This document shows, piece by piece, positions 21,427 through 32,212 of a stretch of 59,090 bases of DNA; position 1 is the first letter of the stretch; every line of letters starts with the position of its first letter. Source of the stretch: Candidatus Deferrimicrobiaceae bacterium (GTDB taxonomy: Bacteria; Desulfobacterota; Deferrimicrobia; Deferrimicrobiales; Deferrimicrobiaceae); NCBI GenBank assembly GCA_041633075.1, contig JBFKGZ010000002.1, positions 1-59,090 on the forward strand, read 5' to 3'. The notes under the pieces are model-generated. The model ran no database searches and was not told where the DNA came from. It saw only the letters and a list, made by a program, of their open reading frames with translations. A program made the position numbers and the translations under genes.

Positions 21427-22370
21427 CCCCGTCTTCTTTCCGGGGGGGAGATCCACGTCCGGAAGTCGGGACCGATCAATCCCCCGCGACGGTATCTTTC
21501 CATCGAGACGGCGCAGGGGCAATCCCTTTCTTTTCCTGCCAGGGCACGGGCCGCGGCGAGCGCCAGGGGAAGGATGGCGTTCTTCGCCCTCTCGACGCGT
21601 TCCTCTCCCGTCTTCTCCAGCATCCCCTCGAAGAGGACCCCTCGCCGGTAGGGCATCGGACGCAAGCCTTCCGCGTAATTGGTGAGGTACGCCACCGGCG
21701 CGTAGCATATCTCCAGTTCCCGCGCGAGGAACGCCTCGGGGCAAAGCGTCATCCCGACCATGTCGGCACCCGCCCGTGCAAGGAACCGCACCTCGGCAGC
21801 CGTCTCCAGGCGGGGCCCCTCGGTGCAGGCGTACGTGCCGCCGTCGAGGAGCCGCAGGCCTTTCGCCCCGCGTTTCCCGGCGTCGAGGAGGAACTTCCTG
21901 ACCGTCCCGCAGAACACCGGGAACTGCCGGATAAAGCCGATTCCCCGTCCCTCGAAGAACGTCGAGGGACGGTTCCGCGTGAAATCGAGCAGGTCGTCGG
22001 GGAGGGCCAGGTCGCCCGGGCGCATCCTTTTCGAAATGATTCCCGGGCCGGACCAGGCGATGATCCGCTCGACACCGAGGGTTTTGGCCGCAAAGAGGTT
22101 CGCGCGGTAATTCACATACGGCGCGGTCCTGTCGTATCCGCGCTCCCCGTGGCGGGAGAGAAAGAAATAGCGGTACCCTTCCCGTTCGTGCAGGTGGACG
22201 GGGTTGGAAAAGCCGTACGGGGTTCGCATGCGCCGCGTCCCCAGCCGGGAGCCCAGCGCCCCCTCCGGCAGGGAGTACGCCCCCGACCCCCCGAGAAGGA
22301 GGACCCGGGGGATCGGGGATCTTGTGCGTCGTTTCAGAACGATACCCGCACCCCGAGGCCGATCGTCCAC
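21423..22370 (-). CDS. S-methyl-5'-thioadenosine / purine nucleoside phosphorylase family protein
   Basis: PNP/MTAP family pattern: FLSRHG....YRANLFA.K.LGV..I......G and CTEGPRLETAAE...GADMVGMT. The N-terminus overlaps the preceding OMP gene by 37 nt and no better start was found. Confidence 0.85.
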   Translation of the reverse strand: MDDRPRGAGIVLKRRTRSPIPRVLLLGGSGAYSLPEGALGSRLGTRRMRTPYGFSNPVHLHEREGYRYFFLSRHGERGYDRTAPYVNYRANLFAAKTLGVERIIAWSGPGIISKRMRPGDLALPDDLLDFTRNRPSTFFEGRGIGFIRQFPVFCGTVRKFLLDAGKRGAKGLRLLDGGTYACTEGPRLETAAEVRFLARAGADMVGMTLCPEAFLARELEICYAPVAYLTNYAEGLRPMPYRRGVLFEGMLEKTGEERVERAKNAILPLALAAARALAGKERDCPCAVSMERYRRGGLIGPDFRTWISPPERRRG

Positions 22371-22963
22371 CCGCTCACATCCACGTCCACCCCGTCGAAT
22401 TCGGGCTCGGCAAAATGGTATTTCCCCTCGAAGTTCAGCGCCATCCGCGGGTTGAGCCAGGCATCAACCCCCAGGGAGACATAGCCTCCGATCGTCGTGT
22501 CATCATCGTTGATCCCCGTGGAGGGTTCATCGAGGCTGGCGAAGTAGAGCCCCAGCCCACCGCCGACATACGGCTCGATGAGCTGGGTGGGGAGAATAAG
22601 CCGTAACCCGAAGGTCAGGGGGGCCACCGTAACATCGTCCGAGCCCCGATCCGCGGAATGCAAGCCGAACGTGCCGTCGACCGCCAGGTTGGCCGAGACG
22701 CGGGACCCGATGCCGATGTCGAAGGCCCCTCCCGAATCGTAGTTTTCAAGACCGTCGGAGTCGTCGTTCGGCTCGAAGAGCGCAAGATGCCCGAAGAGGT
22801 ACGTCTGCCCGTATACCGCGTGCGTCGGCGGCGGTGCGACAGCCCCCCTTCGTGGCGGCTGCCCGCCGTATTTTTCGTAACGATCGTACCGCTGTGCCCA
22901 GACGGTCGATGTCAGCGCCGCGCACAACAGCCCCACAAGAAACAGCAATGCCGATTTCCTCAT
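22334..22963 (-). CDS. Outer-membrane beta-barrel protein (OmpA-like/OmpW-like porin family)
   Basis: Signal peptide MRKSALLFLVGLLCAALTSTVWA, alternating beta-strand pattern, and a C-terminal ...GLGVRVSF aromatic terminus. Confidence 0.75.
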   Translation of the reverse strand: MRKSALLFLVGLLCAALTSTVWAQRYDRYEKYGGQPPRRGAVAPPPTHAVYGQTYLFGHLALFEPNDDSDGLENYDSGGAFDIGIGSRVSANLAVDGTFGLHSADRGSDDVTVAPLTFGLRLILPTQLIEPYVGGGLGLYFASLDEPSTGINDDDTTIGGYVSLGVDAWLNPRMALNFEGKYHFAEPEFDGVDVDVSGWTIGLGVRVSF

Positions 22964-23100
22964 CGCTCGCCCTCCTTCTTCCCCGCCGGATCGCGGGATA
23001 CGGTTTCAGATTACCCTTCGCCATTATGGAAATAAAGAGGGGAATCCGATTATAATTACATTCCCGAAGCCTCTATACGAGCACCGGGAGGGAGATATTC

Positions 23101-24120
23101 ATGATCATCGTCATGAAGCCGGGGGCACTCAAGAAGGACACCCTGGCCGTCATACGGAAAATCAGGACGCTGGGGTATAAACCCCACACGATCTACGGCA
23201 AGACCCGCAACGTCATCGGAGCGATCGGGGACGAGAGGGGAAAGTTCGTCCTCCAGTCGCTCGAGTCCCTCCCCGGTGTAGACCGGGTGGTCCCGATCCT
23301 CAAGCCGTACAAGCTTGCCAGCCGGGAGGCGAGACCCGAGCCCACGGAGGTGAACCTCGCACCGGGCGTGAGCGTGGGGGGGAAGAAACTCCTCGTCATC
23401 GCAGGACCATGCTCCGTGGAGAACGCGCAGCAGATGATCGGGACGGCGAAGGCGGTGAAGGCGGCGGGAGCCCAGGTGCTGCGCGGAGGAGCGTTCAAGC
23501 CCCGCACCTCCCCTTACGCATTCCAGGGACTCGAGGAGAGAGGCCTCAAGATCCTTCGCAAGGCCGGGGACATCGCCGGAATGCCCGTCGTAACCGAGGT
23601 GATGAACCCGATGGACGTCGAGCTTGTCGCCCGGTACGCCGACATCCTGCAGGTGGGGGCCCGCAACGTCCAGAACTTCTCCCTGCTGAAACGGATCGGG
23701 AAATCGAAGCTGCCGATCCTTCTCAAGCGAGGAATGATGACGACGATCACCGAGTTCCTCATGAGTGCCGAATATTGTCTCTCCGAGGGAAGCCGGCGGC
23801 TGATCCTCTGCGAGCGGGGGATCCGCACCTTCGAGGACTCGACCCGGAACACACTCGACCTCTCGGCGGTGCCCGTGCTGAAGGAGCGGACCCACCTCCC
23901 CATCATCGTCGACCCGTCCCACGGAACGGGCCATTCCAAATACGTCCCTTCGATGTCGTGCGCATCGGTGGCGGCGGGAGCGGACGGGCTGATGATCGAG
24001 GTCCATCCTTCGCCGGAGAAAGCCCTGTCCGACGGCTCCCAGTCACTGACCTTTGAGAAATTCGGAGCACTGATGGAAACGTTGCGCCCCTTCATCACGG
24101 CGGCCGGCAGGACGATCTGA
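23101..24120 (+). CDS. 3-deoxy-7-phosphoheptulonate (DAHP) synthase, type I-beta with N-terminal regulatory domain
   Basis: 339 aa with an N-terminal ferredoxin-like extension. Contains GPCSVE, RGGAFKPRTSPY.FQG and KRG..T core motifs. Confidence 0.92.
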   Translation: MIIVMKPGALKKDTLAVIRKIRTLGYKPHTIYGKTRNVIGAIGDERGKFVLQSLESLPGVDRVVPILKPYKLASREARPEPTEVNLAPGVSVGGKKLLVIAGPCSVENAQQMIGTAKAVKAAGAQVLRGGAFKPRTSPYAFQGLEERGLKILRKAGDIAGMPVVTEVMNPMDVELVARYADILQVGARNVQNFSLLKRIGKSKLPILLKRGMMTTITEFLMSAEYCLSEGSRRLILCERGIRTFEDSTRNTLDLSAVPVLKERTHLPIIVDPSHGTGHSKYVPSMSCASVAAGADGLMIEVHPSPEKALSDGSQSLTFEKFGALMETLRPFITAAGRTI

Positions 24121-24142
24121 GCGCACCCCGCGCCATGCGGAC

Positions 24143-26458
24143 ATGAAGTCCCTCTTCCGCCGCCGCTCCCTCCTTGCTGCGCTCGCGGGGCTCTTTCTCC
24201 TGCACGTGTTATACCTCTACGTCAAGGTGGGAACCGGGCTCGCACGCGATGCCTGGGACGTCCCCTCGATCCTGTACGGGCGGGCGGCGGCCATCCGGCC
24301 GGGCGACCTCGTCGACAACCTGGGACTCGGAAACAGACTGGACCGTCTTTCCTACCGTAAGGTTCCGGGATCCGCGGACAAGCCGGGTACCTGGTCCGAG
24401 AAGAAAAACCGGGTCACCATCCACACCCGGGGATTCCGGACGGGAGATGTTGCCCGCCCCGCCGTCCAGGTCACAATCGGCCTGTCGGAGCAGCGCGTCG
24501 CCACCCTGAAAACGTCATCCGGCGCCCCTCTCGACGAACTGGTCCTCGAACCGGAGGAGATCGCCCGGATCCTCGGCCCGAAGATGGAGTCGCGCCGCAT
24601 GGTCCCTCTGACGGCCATACCGATGCACCTCAGGAATGCGGTGCTCGCAGCGGAAGACTCCCGCTTCTACACCCACTTCGGAATCGACATCATCGGGGTC
24701 GCGCGGGCCCTGAGAGAGAATCTGCGCCGGATGCGGATCGTCCAGGGGGGGTCCACCATCACCCAGCAGCTCGCGAAAAACTTCTTCCTCACGCCGAAAC
24801 GGAGCTTCTGGAGGAAGATCCGGGAAGCCGAACTCGCGATACTCATCGAGCTCCGCTTCTCCAAGGAGGAGATCCTCGCGGCATACCTGAACAAGATCTA
24901 CTTCGGCCAGGAAGGGCCTCGCGGGATATACGGGGTGGAGGATGCAGCGGATTTCTACTTCTCCAAGAGCGTCAGCGACCTGACCCTGGAGGAGGCCGCC
25001 CTTGTTGCGGGGATCATCCGGTCCCCCCACCGGTACTCCCCTCTCCGCATGGCGGACGCCGCACGCAGCCGCCGGGACTGGGTCCTCTCCCGGATGGCCG
25101 CTCTCGGGATGATTACGGAGAAGGAGGAGCAAAGGGCGCGCCAAACGCCTCTGCGGACGAACCCGCGCCGGGTCCCCGTGAAAATCGCGGAGTATTTCGT
25201 CGACTACATCGAGCGGGCGGCCGAGGAGACCCTGGGGCCCGAACGGCTCTCCCGGACCGGCTACCGGTTCTATACCTCTCTCGATATCTCGCACCAGGCA
25301 GCGGCGGAAAGGGCAGTGACCGCGGGGCTGGCGGAAATGGGTGGGGGCAAGGCCCTTCCCGGGAAGGAAGAGGACCCGCTCCAGGCCGCACTGGTCGCCG
25401 TGGACCCGGCCACCGGCGAACTTACCGCCATGGTGGGGGGCCGCGGCTACGGGGAGACCCAGTTCAACCGCGCCGCCGATGCCAGGCGCCAGCCGGGCAG
25501 TGCCTTCAAGCCGTTCGTGCTCCTTGCGGCCATGGAGCAAGCCGTGAACGGCAAGGGGAACATCACGCTCGCCAGCCGGATCCTGGGGGAACCGATTTCC
25601 GTCAAGGCCCCGGACGGCATGTGGACGCCCGCCAATTTCGAGAGGAAGGAATACGGGGAGATCTCGATCCGCAGGATGGTGGAAGAGTCGGTGAACACCG
25701 CAGCGGTGCGGCTCGCCTTCGACGTGGGGCTTCCGGACGTGATCTCCGCGGCCCGGGAGGCTGGCGTGGCCAGCCCGATCCGTCCCGTTCCCTCCCTGGC
25801 CCTCGGGAGCTTCGAGGTAACCCCGGTCGAACTGGCCTACGCCTATGCAACGATCGCCTCCGGCGGGACCCGGTTCCGGCCCTTCACGCTCCGGGCGGTG
25901 ACCGACAGCGAGGGAGATCTATTGCAGACGGAGGTCCCGGCGCGTGAGGACGCCGTGGACCCCCGGGCGGCCTATCTCGTCACCTACGCCCTGGAGGGGG
26001 TCCTCGACCGCGGGACGGGCCATGCGGCCCGGTTGGCCGGGATCGATTTCCCCGCGGCGGGCAAGACGGGGACCACGGACGCCTACCGCGACTCGTGGTT
26101 CGCGGGGTACACCCCCGATCTGGTGTGCGTGGTCTGGGTGGGTCGCGACTCCGGGGATCCGACGGGGCTAACCGGCTCCTCGGGAGCGCTCAAGATCTGG
26201 ACGAGGTTCATGAAATCGGTCTACCCGGCCGGAGGGAGATACACCTTCGCGATCCCCCCGGGGATCACGATCGCCGAAATCGACCCGGAATCCGGATACC
26301 TGTCGACATCCGCCTGCCCGGAATCGTTTCCGGAGGCGTTCCCCGACGATCTGGTGCCCGTGCAGACGTGCCCGCTTCATCCCTCCCACCCGATCGTGGA
26401 TACGGTGCGCAAGGGGTGGCACGGCCTCATCGACTTCTTCAACAACCTCTTCCGGTAA
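24143..26458 (+). CDS. Class A penicillin-binding protein (glycosyltransferase + transpeptidase)
   Basis: GT51 motifs [12 protein letters not shown] and GGSTITQQ, transpeptidase SAFKP (SxxK) and KTGTT, with an N-terminal TM anchor. Confidence 0.93.
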   Translation: MKSLFRRRSLLAALAGLFLLHVLYLYVKVGTGLARDAWDVPSILYGRAAAIRPGDLVDNLGLGNRLDRLSYRKVPGSADKPGTWSEKKNRVTIHTRGFRTGDVARPAVQVTIGLSEQRVATLKTSSGAPLDELVLEPEEIARILGPKMESRRMVPLTAIPMHLRNAVLAAEDSRFYTHFGIDIIGVARALRENLRRMRIVQGGSTITQQLAKNFFLTPKRSFWRKIREAELAILIELRFSKEEILAAYLNKIYFGQEGPRGIYGVEDAADFYFSKSVSDLTLEEAALVAGIIRSPHRYSPLRMADAARSRRDWVLSRMAALGMITEKEEQRARQTPLRTNPRRVPVKIAEYFVDYIERAAEETLGPERLSRTGYRFYTSLDISHQAAAERAVTAGLAEMGGGKALPGKEEDPLQAALVAVDPATGELTAMVGGRGYGETQFNRAADARRQPGSAFKPFVLLAAMEQAVNGKGNITLASRILGEPISVKAPDGMWTPANFERKEYGEISIRRMVEESVNTAAVRLAFDVGLPDVISAAREAGVASPIRPVPSLALGSFEVTPVELAYAYATIASGGTRFRPFTLRAVTDSEGDLLQTEVPAREDAVDPRAAYLVTYALEGVLDRGTGHAARLAGIDFPAAGKTGTTDAYRDSWFAGYTPDLVCVVWVGRDSGDPTGLTGSSGALKIWTRFMKSVYPAGGRYTFAIPPGITIAEIDPESGYLSTSACPESFPEAFPDDLVPVQTCPLHPSHPIVDTVRKGWHGLIDFFNNLFR

Positions 26459-26559
26459 GTACGCACCGAGCCACCGGAACGGGACGGCCGGCAGGGGGAC
26501 ACGGCTGGCTTCGTTGTGATATAAGGTATTTTTTCAAGGCGACGCCGGGCGGAGATTCG

Positions 26560-29343
26560 ATGGACTACAAAACCACGCTGAACCTCCCGCAGACCGGATT
26601 CCCGATGCGCGCGAACCTGACGCAGCGTGAGCCGGCAATCCTCTCCCGCTGGGAAACGGAGCAGCTGTACCACCGGATGGTGGAGAGACGCAGGGGAAAC
26701 CCGAAGTTCGTCCTCCATGACGGCCCCCCCTACGCGAACGGGCACATCCACATCGGGCACGCTCTCAACAAGCTCCTGAAGGACATCATTGTGAAATATC
26801 GCGGGATGTCCGGCGCCTGGGCCGAGTACGTCCCCGGCTGGGACTGCCACGGCCTGCCGATCGAGCACCAGGTGGACAAGAGCCTGGGAGGCCGGAAGGA
26901 GTCGATTCCCACCGCGGAAAAACGACGCCTCTGCCGCGACTACGCCACGAGGTTCATCGACATCCAGAGGGAGGAGTTCCGGCGGCTCGGGGTCCTGGGC
27001 GACTGGGAGAACCCGTACCAGACCATGACGTTCGATTACGAGGCGGGGATCCTGCGGGAGTTCGGGCGGTTCGTGGAGACGGGTGCGGTGTACAAGGGGA
27101 CCAAACCCGTGTACTGGTGCCTGACCTGCCGGACGGCCCTCGCGGAGGCCGAGGTCGAATACGCAGACCACACCTCCCCCTCCATCTTCGTGAAGTTCCC
27201 CTTCGCGGATTCACCGGAATCGATCCACCCGGCGCTTGCCGGCAGGAAGGTGTCGTTCGTCATCTGGACGACCACCCCCTGGACGATCCCCGCGAATCTC
27301 GCGATCGCGCTCCACCCGGAATACCCTTACGTCGCGATCGAAGCGGACGGGGAGGCGTACGTCGTCGCGGAAGGTCTCGCGGAGCGTTTCGCGAGCGAGG
27401 CGGGTTTGCCGAAGGTAACGCGCCTGGCGACTTTCGGGGCAGGGCACCTGGAGAGGCTCCGCTGCCGGCATCCCTTTCTCGGGCGCCACTCCCTCCTTGT
27501 GCTGGGGGACTACGTCACGCTCGACGCCGGTACCGGATGCGTCCACACCGCTCCCGGGCACGGGCGGGACGACTACGAGACGGGCCTCCGGTACGGGCTT
27601 CCGGTCTACGCACCGCTCGACGACGAGGGGCGCTTTGTCGCCGACGTCCCGTTCTTCGGGGGCATGCAGGTGTTCGAGGCGAACCCGCGGGTGAACGAAA
27701 AGATCGCCGAGGCCGGAGCGCTGCTCCGGGAGGACCGGATGACCCACTCGTACCCGCACTGCTGGCGGTGCAAGCATCCCGTCATCTTCCGGGCGACCAA
27801 GCAGTGGTTCATCTCGATGGACGCGACCGGACTGCGCGAGAAGGCCCTCGCCCAGATCCGGATGGTGAAATGGATCCCCGCCTGGGGGCAGGAACGGATC
27901 GAGGGAATGATCGCGAACCGGCCGGACTGGTGCATCTCCCGCCAACGGGCCTGGGGCGTTCCGATCGCCATCTTCCGGTGCGAGTCGTGCGGTCACCACC
28001 TCCTCGACCGGAAGCTGATCGACCACGTCGCCTCGATCTTCGAGAAGGAGGGAGCCGATGCGTGGTACCAGCGCGAGGTGCCGGACCTGCTGCCTGTCGG
28101 GACGGCCTGCCCCTCCTGCGGGAAATCCGCCTTCGGAAAGGAGACCGATATCCTCGACGTCTGGTTCGATTCCGGCGTTTCGTATGCCTGCGTGTGCGAG
28201 GGGAAGGACAATCTCGGCGTGCCGGTCGACCTCTACCTCGAAGGCTCCGACCAGCATCGCGGGTGGTTCCACTCCACCCTGCTGGCGTCCGTCGGAACGC
28301 GGGGCGTCGCGCCGTACCGTGCCGTCCTCACCCACGGGTTCGTCGTGGACGGCAGGGGGGAGGCGATGCACAAGTCGAAGGGGAACGTCGTCGCCCCGGA
28401 GGAGATCATCCGGAAGCACGGTGCCGAGATCCTTCGGCTCTGGGTGGCCGCCGAAGACTACCGGGACGACATCCGGATCTCGAACGATATCCTTGACCGC
28501 CTGACGGAGGCATACCGGAAGATCCGGAACACGATTCGCTACCTGCTGGGAAACCTGCACGACTTTCTCCCCGAACGGGATGCGGTCCCGTACGACCGCA
28601 TGGAGGAGATGGACCGGTATGCTCTCCTCCTCTTCCACCGGCTCGTCGGGAAGGTCCGGAAAGCCTACGAAAGCTACGAGTTCCACACGATCTTCCACTC
28701 GGTGAACAACTTCTGCTCGGTGGACATGTCCAGCTTTTACCTGAATGCCCTCAAGGACCGCCTCTACTGCTCCCGCGCGGACGATCCGGCCCGCCGGTCC
28801 GGGCAGTCCTCGCTGTTTACGATCGGCCGCGACCTCCTGTCTCTCATCGCCCCCGTCCTCTCGTTCACGGCGGAGGAGGCCTGGGGGTTTCTTCCCGCCT
28901 ATTCCGGCAAACCGGAAAGCGTCTTCCTCACGAACATGCCGGAGCCCAGGGATCTGCCCGATGGGGACGTGATCGCGGCACGGTGGGAGCGGATCCTGGC
29001 CGTTCGAACCGAGATCGCCCAGCCGCTCGAGACGGCGCGGAAGGAGAAGCGGATCGGAAGCGACCAGGACGCGCTCGTCACCGTCTCGCCCGGGCCGTTC
29101 TCCGACCTCTTCGAAAACCATCTCCCGAAGATCCGGGAGGTTCTGATCGTGTCCGGCCTCACGGTCGGCGAAGTTTCCGGGCCCGACGCCTACCGGAGCC
29201 CGGCCTTCCCGGGACTTGCCGCCCGGGTGGAAAAATCCCCCTGGGGAAAATGCGCGCGGTGCTGGAACCACGCCCCCGAGGTCGGAACCGTGCCGGCCGC
29301 ACCCGAGCTCTGCGGCCGATGCGCCGCTACGACCGGTACCTGA
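26560..29343 (+). CDS. ileS: Isoleucine--tRNA ligase
   Basis: [27 protein letters not shown] (HIGH), KMSKS-like HKSKGN, and a C-terminal Zn cluster CARCW...CGRC. The start at 26560 has GGAG upstream. The ORF-track start at 26095 overlaps the PBP gene. Confidence 0.97.
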   Translation: MDYKTTLNLPQTGFPMRANLTQREPAILSRWETEQLYHRMVERRRGNPKFVLHDGPPYANGHIHIGHALNKLLKDIIVKYRGMSGAWAEYVPGWDCHGLPIEHQVDKSLGGRKESIPTAEKRRLCRDYATRFIDIQREEFRRLGVLGDWENPYQTMTFDYEAGILREFGRFVETGAVYKGTKPVYWCLTCRTALAEAEVEYADHTSPSIFVKFPFADSPESIHPALAGRKVSFVIWTTTPWTIPANLAIALHPEYPYVAIEADGEAYVVAEGLAERFASEAGLPKVTRLATFGAGHLERLRCRHPFLGRHSLLVLGDYVTLDAGTGCVHTAPGHGRDDYETGLRYGLPVYAPLDDEGRFVADVPFFGGMQVFEANPRVNEKIAEAGALLREDRMTHSYPHCWRCKHPVIFRATKQWFISMDATGLREKALAQIRMVKWIPAWGQERIEGMIANRPDWCISRQRAWGVPIAIFRCESCGHHLLDRKLIDHVASIFEKEGADAWYQREVPDLLPVGTACPSCGKSAFGKETDILDVWFDSGVSYACVCEGKDNLGVPVDLYLEGSDQHRGWFHSTLLASVGTRGVAPYRAVLTHGFVVDGRGEAMHKSKGNVVAPEEIIRKHGAEILRLWVAAEDYRDDIRISNDILDRLTEAYRKIRNTIRYLLGNLHDFLPERDAVPYDRMEEMDRYALLLFHRLVGKVRKAYESYEFHTIFHSVNNFCSVDMSSFYLNALKDRLYCSRADDPARRSGQSSLFTIGRDLLSLIAPVLSFTAEEAWGFLPAYSGKPESVFLTNMPEPRDLPDGDVIAARWERILAVRTEIAQPLETARKEKRIGSDQDALVTVSPGPFSDLFENHLPKIREVLIVSGLTVGEVSGPDAYRSPAFPGLAARVEKSPWGKCARCWNHAPEVGTVPAAPELCGRCAATTGT

Positions 29344-29350
29344 GAGCGCC

Positions 29351-29857
29351 TTGCACGGCCTTCGCAAATTCGCCGTTCCCGCCCTGGCAGCCGGAGGGCT
29401 TACGCTGGCCGACCAGTGGTCCAAGGCCTGGATCGTGTCCCGCTTCGACCTGTATGAGGCGAAGGCGGTCCTCGTCAACTTCCTCCACGTCGTTCACGTC
29501 CGAAACACCGGCGCCGCGTTCGGGCTCCTGTCCAGCCTCAACCCCAAGTGGGTGCACCCCCTGCTTGTCGCGGCCACGGCCTTGGCCATGGTGGCAGTAC
29601 TCGCCTACATCCACTTCCTCCCGTGCCGGGGTCCCGCGCCCTTCGGCCTGGGCCTTATCCTGGGGGGAGCGTTGGGGAATCTGATCGACCGCGCCCGGCT
29701 CGGATACGTGGTGGACTTCCTCGACGTCCACTGGTACCACCATCACTGGCCGGCGTTCAACGTGGCCGACATCGGGATCACCGCCGGCGTTTTCCTCCTG
29801 ATCCTGGACATGTTGTACTGGTCGAAGGAAGAAGGAAACACGGCTCGTCCCGCCTGA
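29351..29857 (+). CDS. lspA: Signal peptidase II (lipoprotein signal peptidase)
   Basis: Contains NTGAAFG and FNVADIGIT motifs with 4 TM segments. A TTG start at 29351 is inferred because there is no in-frame ATG after the ileS stop. Confidence 0.85.
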   Translation: MHGLRKFAVPALAAGGLTLADQWSKAWIVSRFDLYEAKAVLVNFLHVVHVRNTGAAFGLLSSLNPKWVHPLLVAATALAMVAVLAYIHFLPCRGPAPFGLGLILGGALGNLIDRARLGYVVDFLDVHWYHHHWPAFNVADIGITAGVFLLILDMLYWSKEEGNTARPA

Positions 29858-29954
29858 GTCCGCCGGCCGCGCGCCGCTTGTGTTCTCTCCCCCCGGGTGT
29901 ATACTGCATACAGATCAAGGGCGTTGCGCGGACCTTTCGGAGTGATGCCGCAGA

Positions 29955-31646
29955 ATGCACGTAGATCGGACACCCCTCCCCGGAGGAAACGGATCCCCGT
30001 CCCTCCGGGGCGAATCTGGCCCGCCGGTTCCGGCGCCGCCGCCGCGCGCCAAGCGGGACGCTCCCGATGCCGTGTGTTGGTACAAGAGCATCGAATTCAA
30101 GATCATTCTGTCCGTGGCCATCACCACCCTGGCGGTCAATGGATTCTTCACCTTCCTGTATCTGGACGTCCAGGCAAGGCACCTCGATGAAACGATCCTA
30201 AAAAACGCCACCCAGCTGAGCGAGACGATCCGGAAGTCGATCCAGTACGACATGCTCGTGAACCGCAAGGAGAACGCGTACCGGATCATGGAGACCATCG
30301 CGGAACAGGAAGGGATCGAGAAAGTCCGGATCTACGGGAGCGAAGGCACGATCCTCTTCTCGACCGACAAGGACGAGCGGGGAACCATGGTGGACAAGAA
30401 GGCGGAGGCCTGCTACGCGTGCCACGCGAAGGACACTCCCCTCGAGAGGTTCTCCACGACATCGAGAAACCGGATCTTCCCGTCCGGGAAAGGATACCGG
30501 ATCCTCGGCATGATCAACCCGATGTACAACGACCAGGAATGCTCCTCCGCGGAATGCCATGCCCACCCGGCGTCCCAGAAGGTTCTCGGCGTGATCGACA
30601 TCACGATGTCGCTGGCCGGGGCGGACGAGGAGATGCACTCCGCCCGCCGCCAGACCATCGTGTTCAACCTGATGTCGATCCTGGCGATATCGGTCATCGC
30701 CGTAATCTCCCTGCTGGTGTTCGTGGGGAAACCGGTCCGGCAACTCGTCCTCGGGACCAACCGGGTGGCCCGGGGGGACCTGCACCACGTCATCCCCATC
30801 GACTCCGATGACGAGATGGGACACCTCGCGCGGTCGTTCAACCAGATGACGGAGAGTCTGCAGCGGGCGAACGAGGAGATCCACGAATGGATCCGCACCC
30901 TGGAGCATAAGGTCGAGGAACGGACCAAGGAGCTGAAAGACGCCCAGTTCCAGCTCCTGCATACGGAGAAGCTGGCCGCGGTGGGAAAGATCGCGGCGAC
31001 GGTGGCCCACGAGATCAACAACCCGCTGACCGGAGTGTTCACCTACATCAAGCTGATGGAGAGGAGGATCGAGGAGGGGAAAAACGGACCCCGCGACATG
31101 GAGAAGTTCCGGGAGTACCTCTCCACCATGAGGCGGGAAGTCCAGAGGACGAGCGCGATCGTCCACAATCTGCTCGACTTCACCCGCCCGAAGGAACCGA
31201 GCAGGAAGATGGTCAACCTCAACGCTCTCGTCGAGGAATCGCTCAATATCGTCAGGAACAAGCTGACCATCGCCAACATCACGGTGGAAAAGAAGATGGA
31301 TCCCATCCCGGACATTCCGGCGGACGCCGCGCAGATTAAACAGGTGTTCATCAACCTCATCATCAACGCCTGCGAAGCCATGGAGGAAGGAGGAACGCTC
31401 ACCATCGCGTCCCGGCACGACGTGACCCGGAACACGGAGACGGTCGCATTCGCCGACGCAGGCACCGGGATCTCCCCCGAGGACCTGCCGCAGGTGTTCG
31501 ACCCGTTCTACACCACCAAGGAGAAGGGGACGGGACTGGGTCTTTCCGTCGTCTACGGCATCGTGACAAGGCACAACGGAAGGATCGAAGTCAGGAGCCG
31601 TCCCGAGGGAGGGACGGAGATGATCGTCACCCTTCCGACGACCTGA
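29955..31646 (+). CDS. Sensor histidine kinase: TM - periplasmic domain with CxxCH and Cx4CH - TM - HAMP - HisKA - HATPase
   Basis: The two TM helices flank about 170 aa containing CYACH (30411-30425) and CSSAECH (30540-30560). After them come a HAMP domain, the H-box AHEINNPLT, and the N/G boxes. The start is uncertain, with an alternative GTG at 30072. Confidence 0.88.
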   Translation: MHVDRTPLPGGNGSPSLRGESGPPVPAPPPRAKRDAPDAVCWYKSIEFKIILSVAITTLAVNGFFTFLYLDVQARHLDETILKNATQLSETIRKSIQYDMLVNRKENAYRIMETIAEQEGIEKVRIYGSEGTILFSTDKDERGTMVDKKAEACYACHAKDTPLERFSTTSRNRIFPSGKGYRILGMINPMYNDQECSSAECHAHPASQKVLGVIDITMSLAGADEEMHSARRQTIVFNLMSILAISVIAVISLLVFVGKPVRQLVLGTNRVARGDLHHVIPIDSDDEMGHLARSFNQMTESLQRANEEIHEWIRTLEHKVEERTKELKDAQFQLLHTEKLAAVGKIAATVAHEINNPLTGVFTYIKLMERRIEEGKNGPRDMEKFREYLSTMRREVQRTSAIVHNLLDFTRPKEPSRKMVNLNALVEESLNIVRNKLTIANITVEKKMDPIPDIPADAAQIKQVFINLIINACEAMEEGGTLTIASRHDVTRNTETVAFADAGTGISPEDLPQVFDPFYTTKEKGTGLGLSVVYGIVTRHNGRIEVRSRPEGGTEMIVTLPTT

Positions 31647-31688
31647 TAAGGGACCGGGGAAATCGACGGCGCCATCTACATACGGCCG

Positions 31689-32210
31689 GTGGGGATGATC
31701 CCGGATGCCATGCTCCGGAAGTTGCGGGATTACCTGCGGGACTATCTCTCCCTCCCGGTGCGGGTAACGAGGAACATGCCCGTGCCGGAGGGAAGCTACG
31801 AAAGGAGCCGGAACCAGTACCACTCCACCCGGATCCTCAGGGAGATCCTCACGGAGACGCCGGCCGACGCGATCAAGATCGTCGGGATCATCGACAAGGA
31901 CCTGTGCATCCCGATCCTGACCTTCGTCTTCGGAGAAGCCCAGCTGGGGGGGGTGGCATCGATCGTTTCGACCGCGAGACTTCGGCAGGAATTCCACGGG
32001 CTCTCCCCCGACGACGGGATTCTGTTCGAGCGTCTGGTGAAGGAGGTCCTTCACGAACTGGGTCACAGCTTCGGGCTCATTCACTGCAGCGACCGGGAGT
32101 GCATCATGTACCTGTCCAACACCGTGCGGGACGTCGACCGGAAGAAGACCACCTATTGCGGAAGCTGCGACACCGCCCTGTATCGGAAAAGCGAAACATG
32201 GAGGGAATGA
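31689..32210 (+). CDS. Archaemetzincin-type zinc metallopeptidase (peptidase M54-like)
   Basis: HELGHSFGLIHC then CIMY...YCGSC gives HExxHxxGxxH plus a Cys4 second site (32052-32168). FVFGEAQLGG is also family-typical. The conserved first strand (AIYIRPVG) starts upstream of the only canonical start codon. Confidence 0.8.
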   Translation: MGMIPDAMLRKLRDYLRDYLSLPVRVTRNMPVPEGSYERSRNQYHSTRILREILTETPADAIKIVGIIDKDLCIPILTFVFGEAQLGGVASIVSTARLRQEFHGLSPDDGILFERLVKEVLHELGHSFGLIHCSDRECIMYLSNTVRDVDRKKTTYCGSCDTALYRKSETWRE

Positions 32211-32212
32211 CC

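Noticed and set aside
26095-26559. Upstream extension of the ileS ORF
   Set aside because: It overlaps the last 360 nt of the PBP gene in another frame. The conserved IleRS N-terminus ([12 protein letters not shown]) begins at 26560 with an SD.
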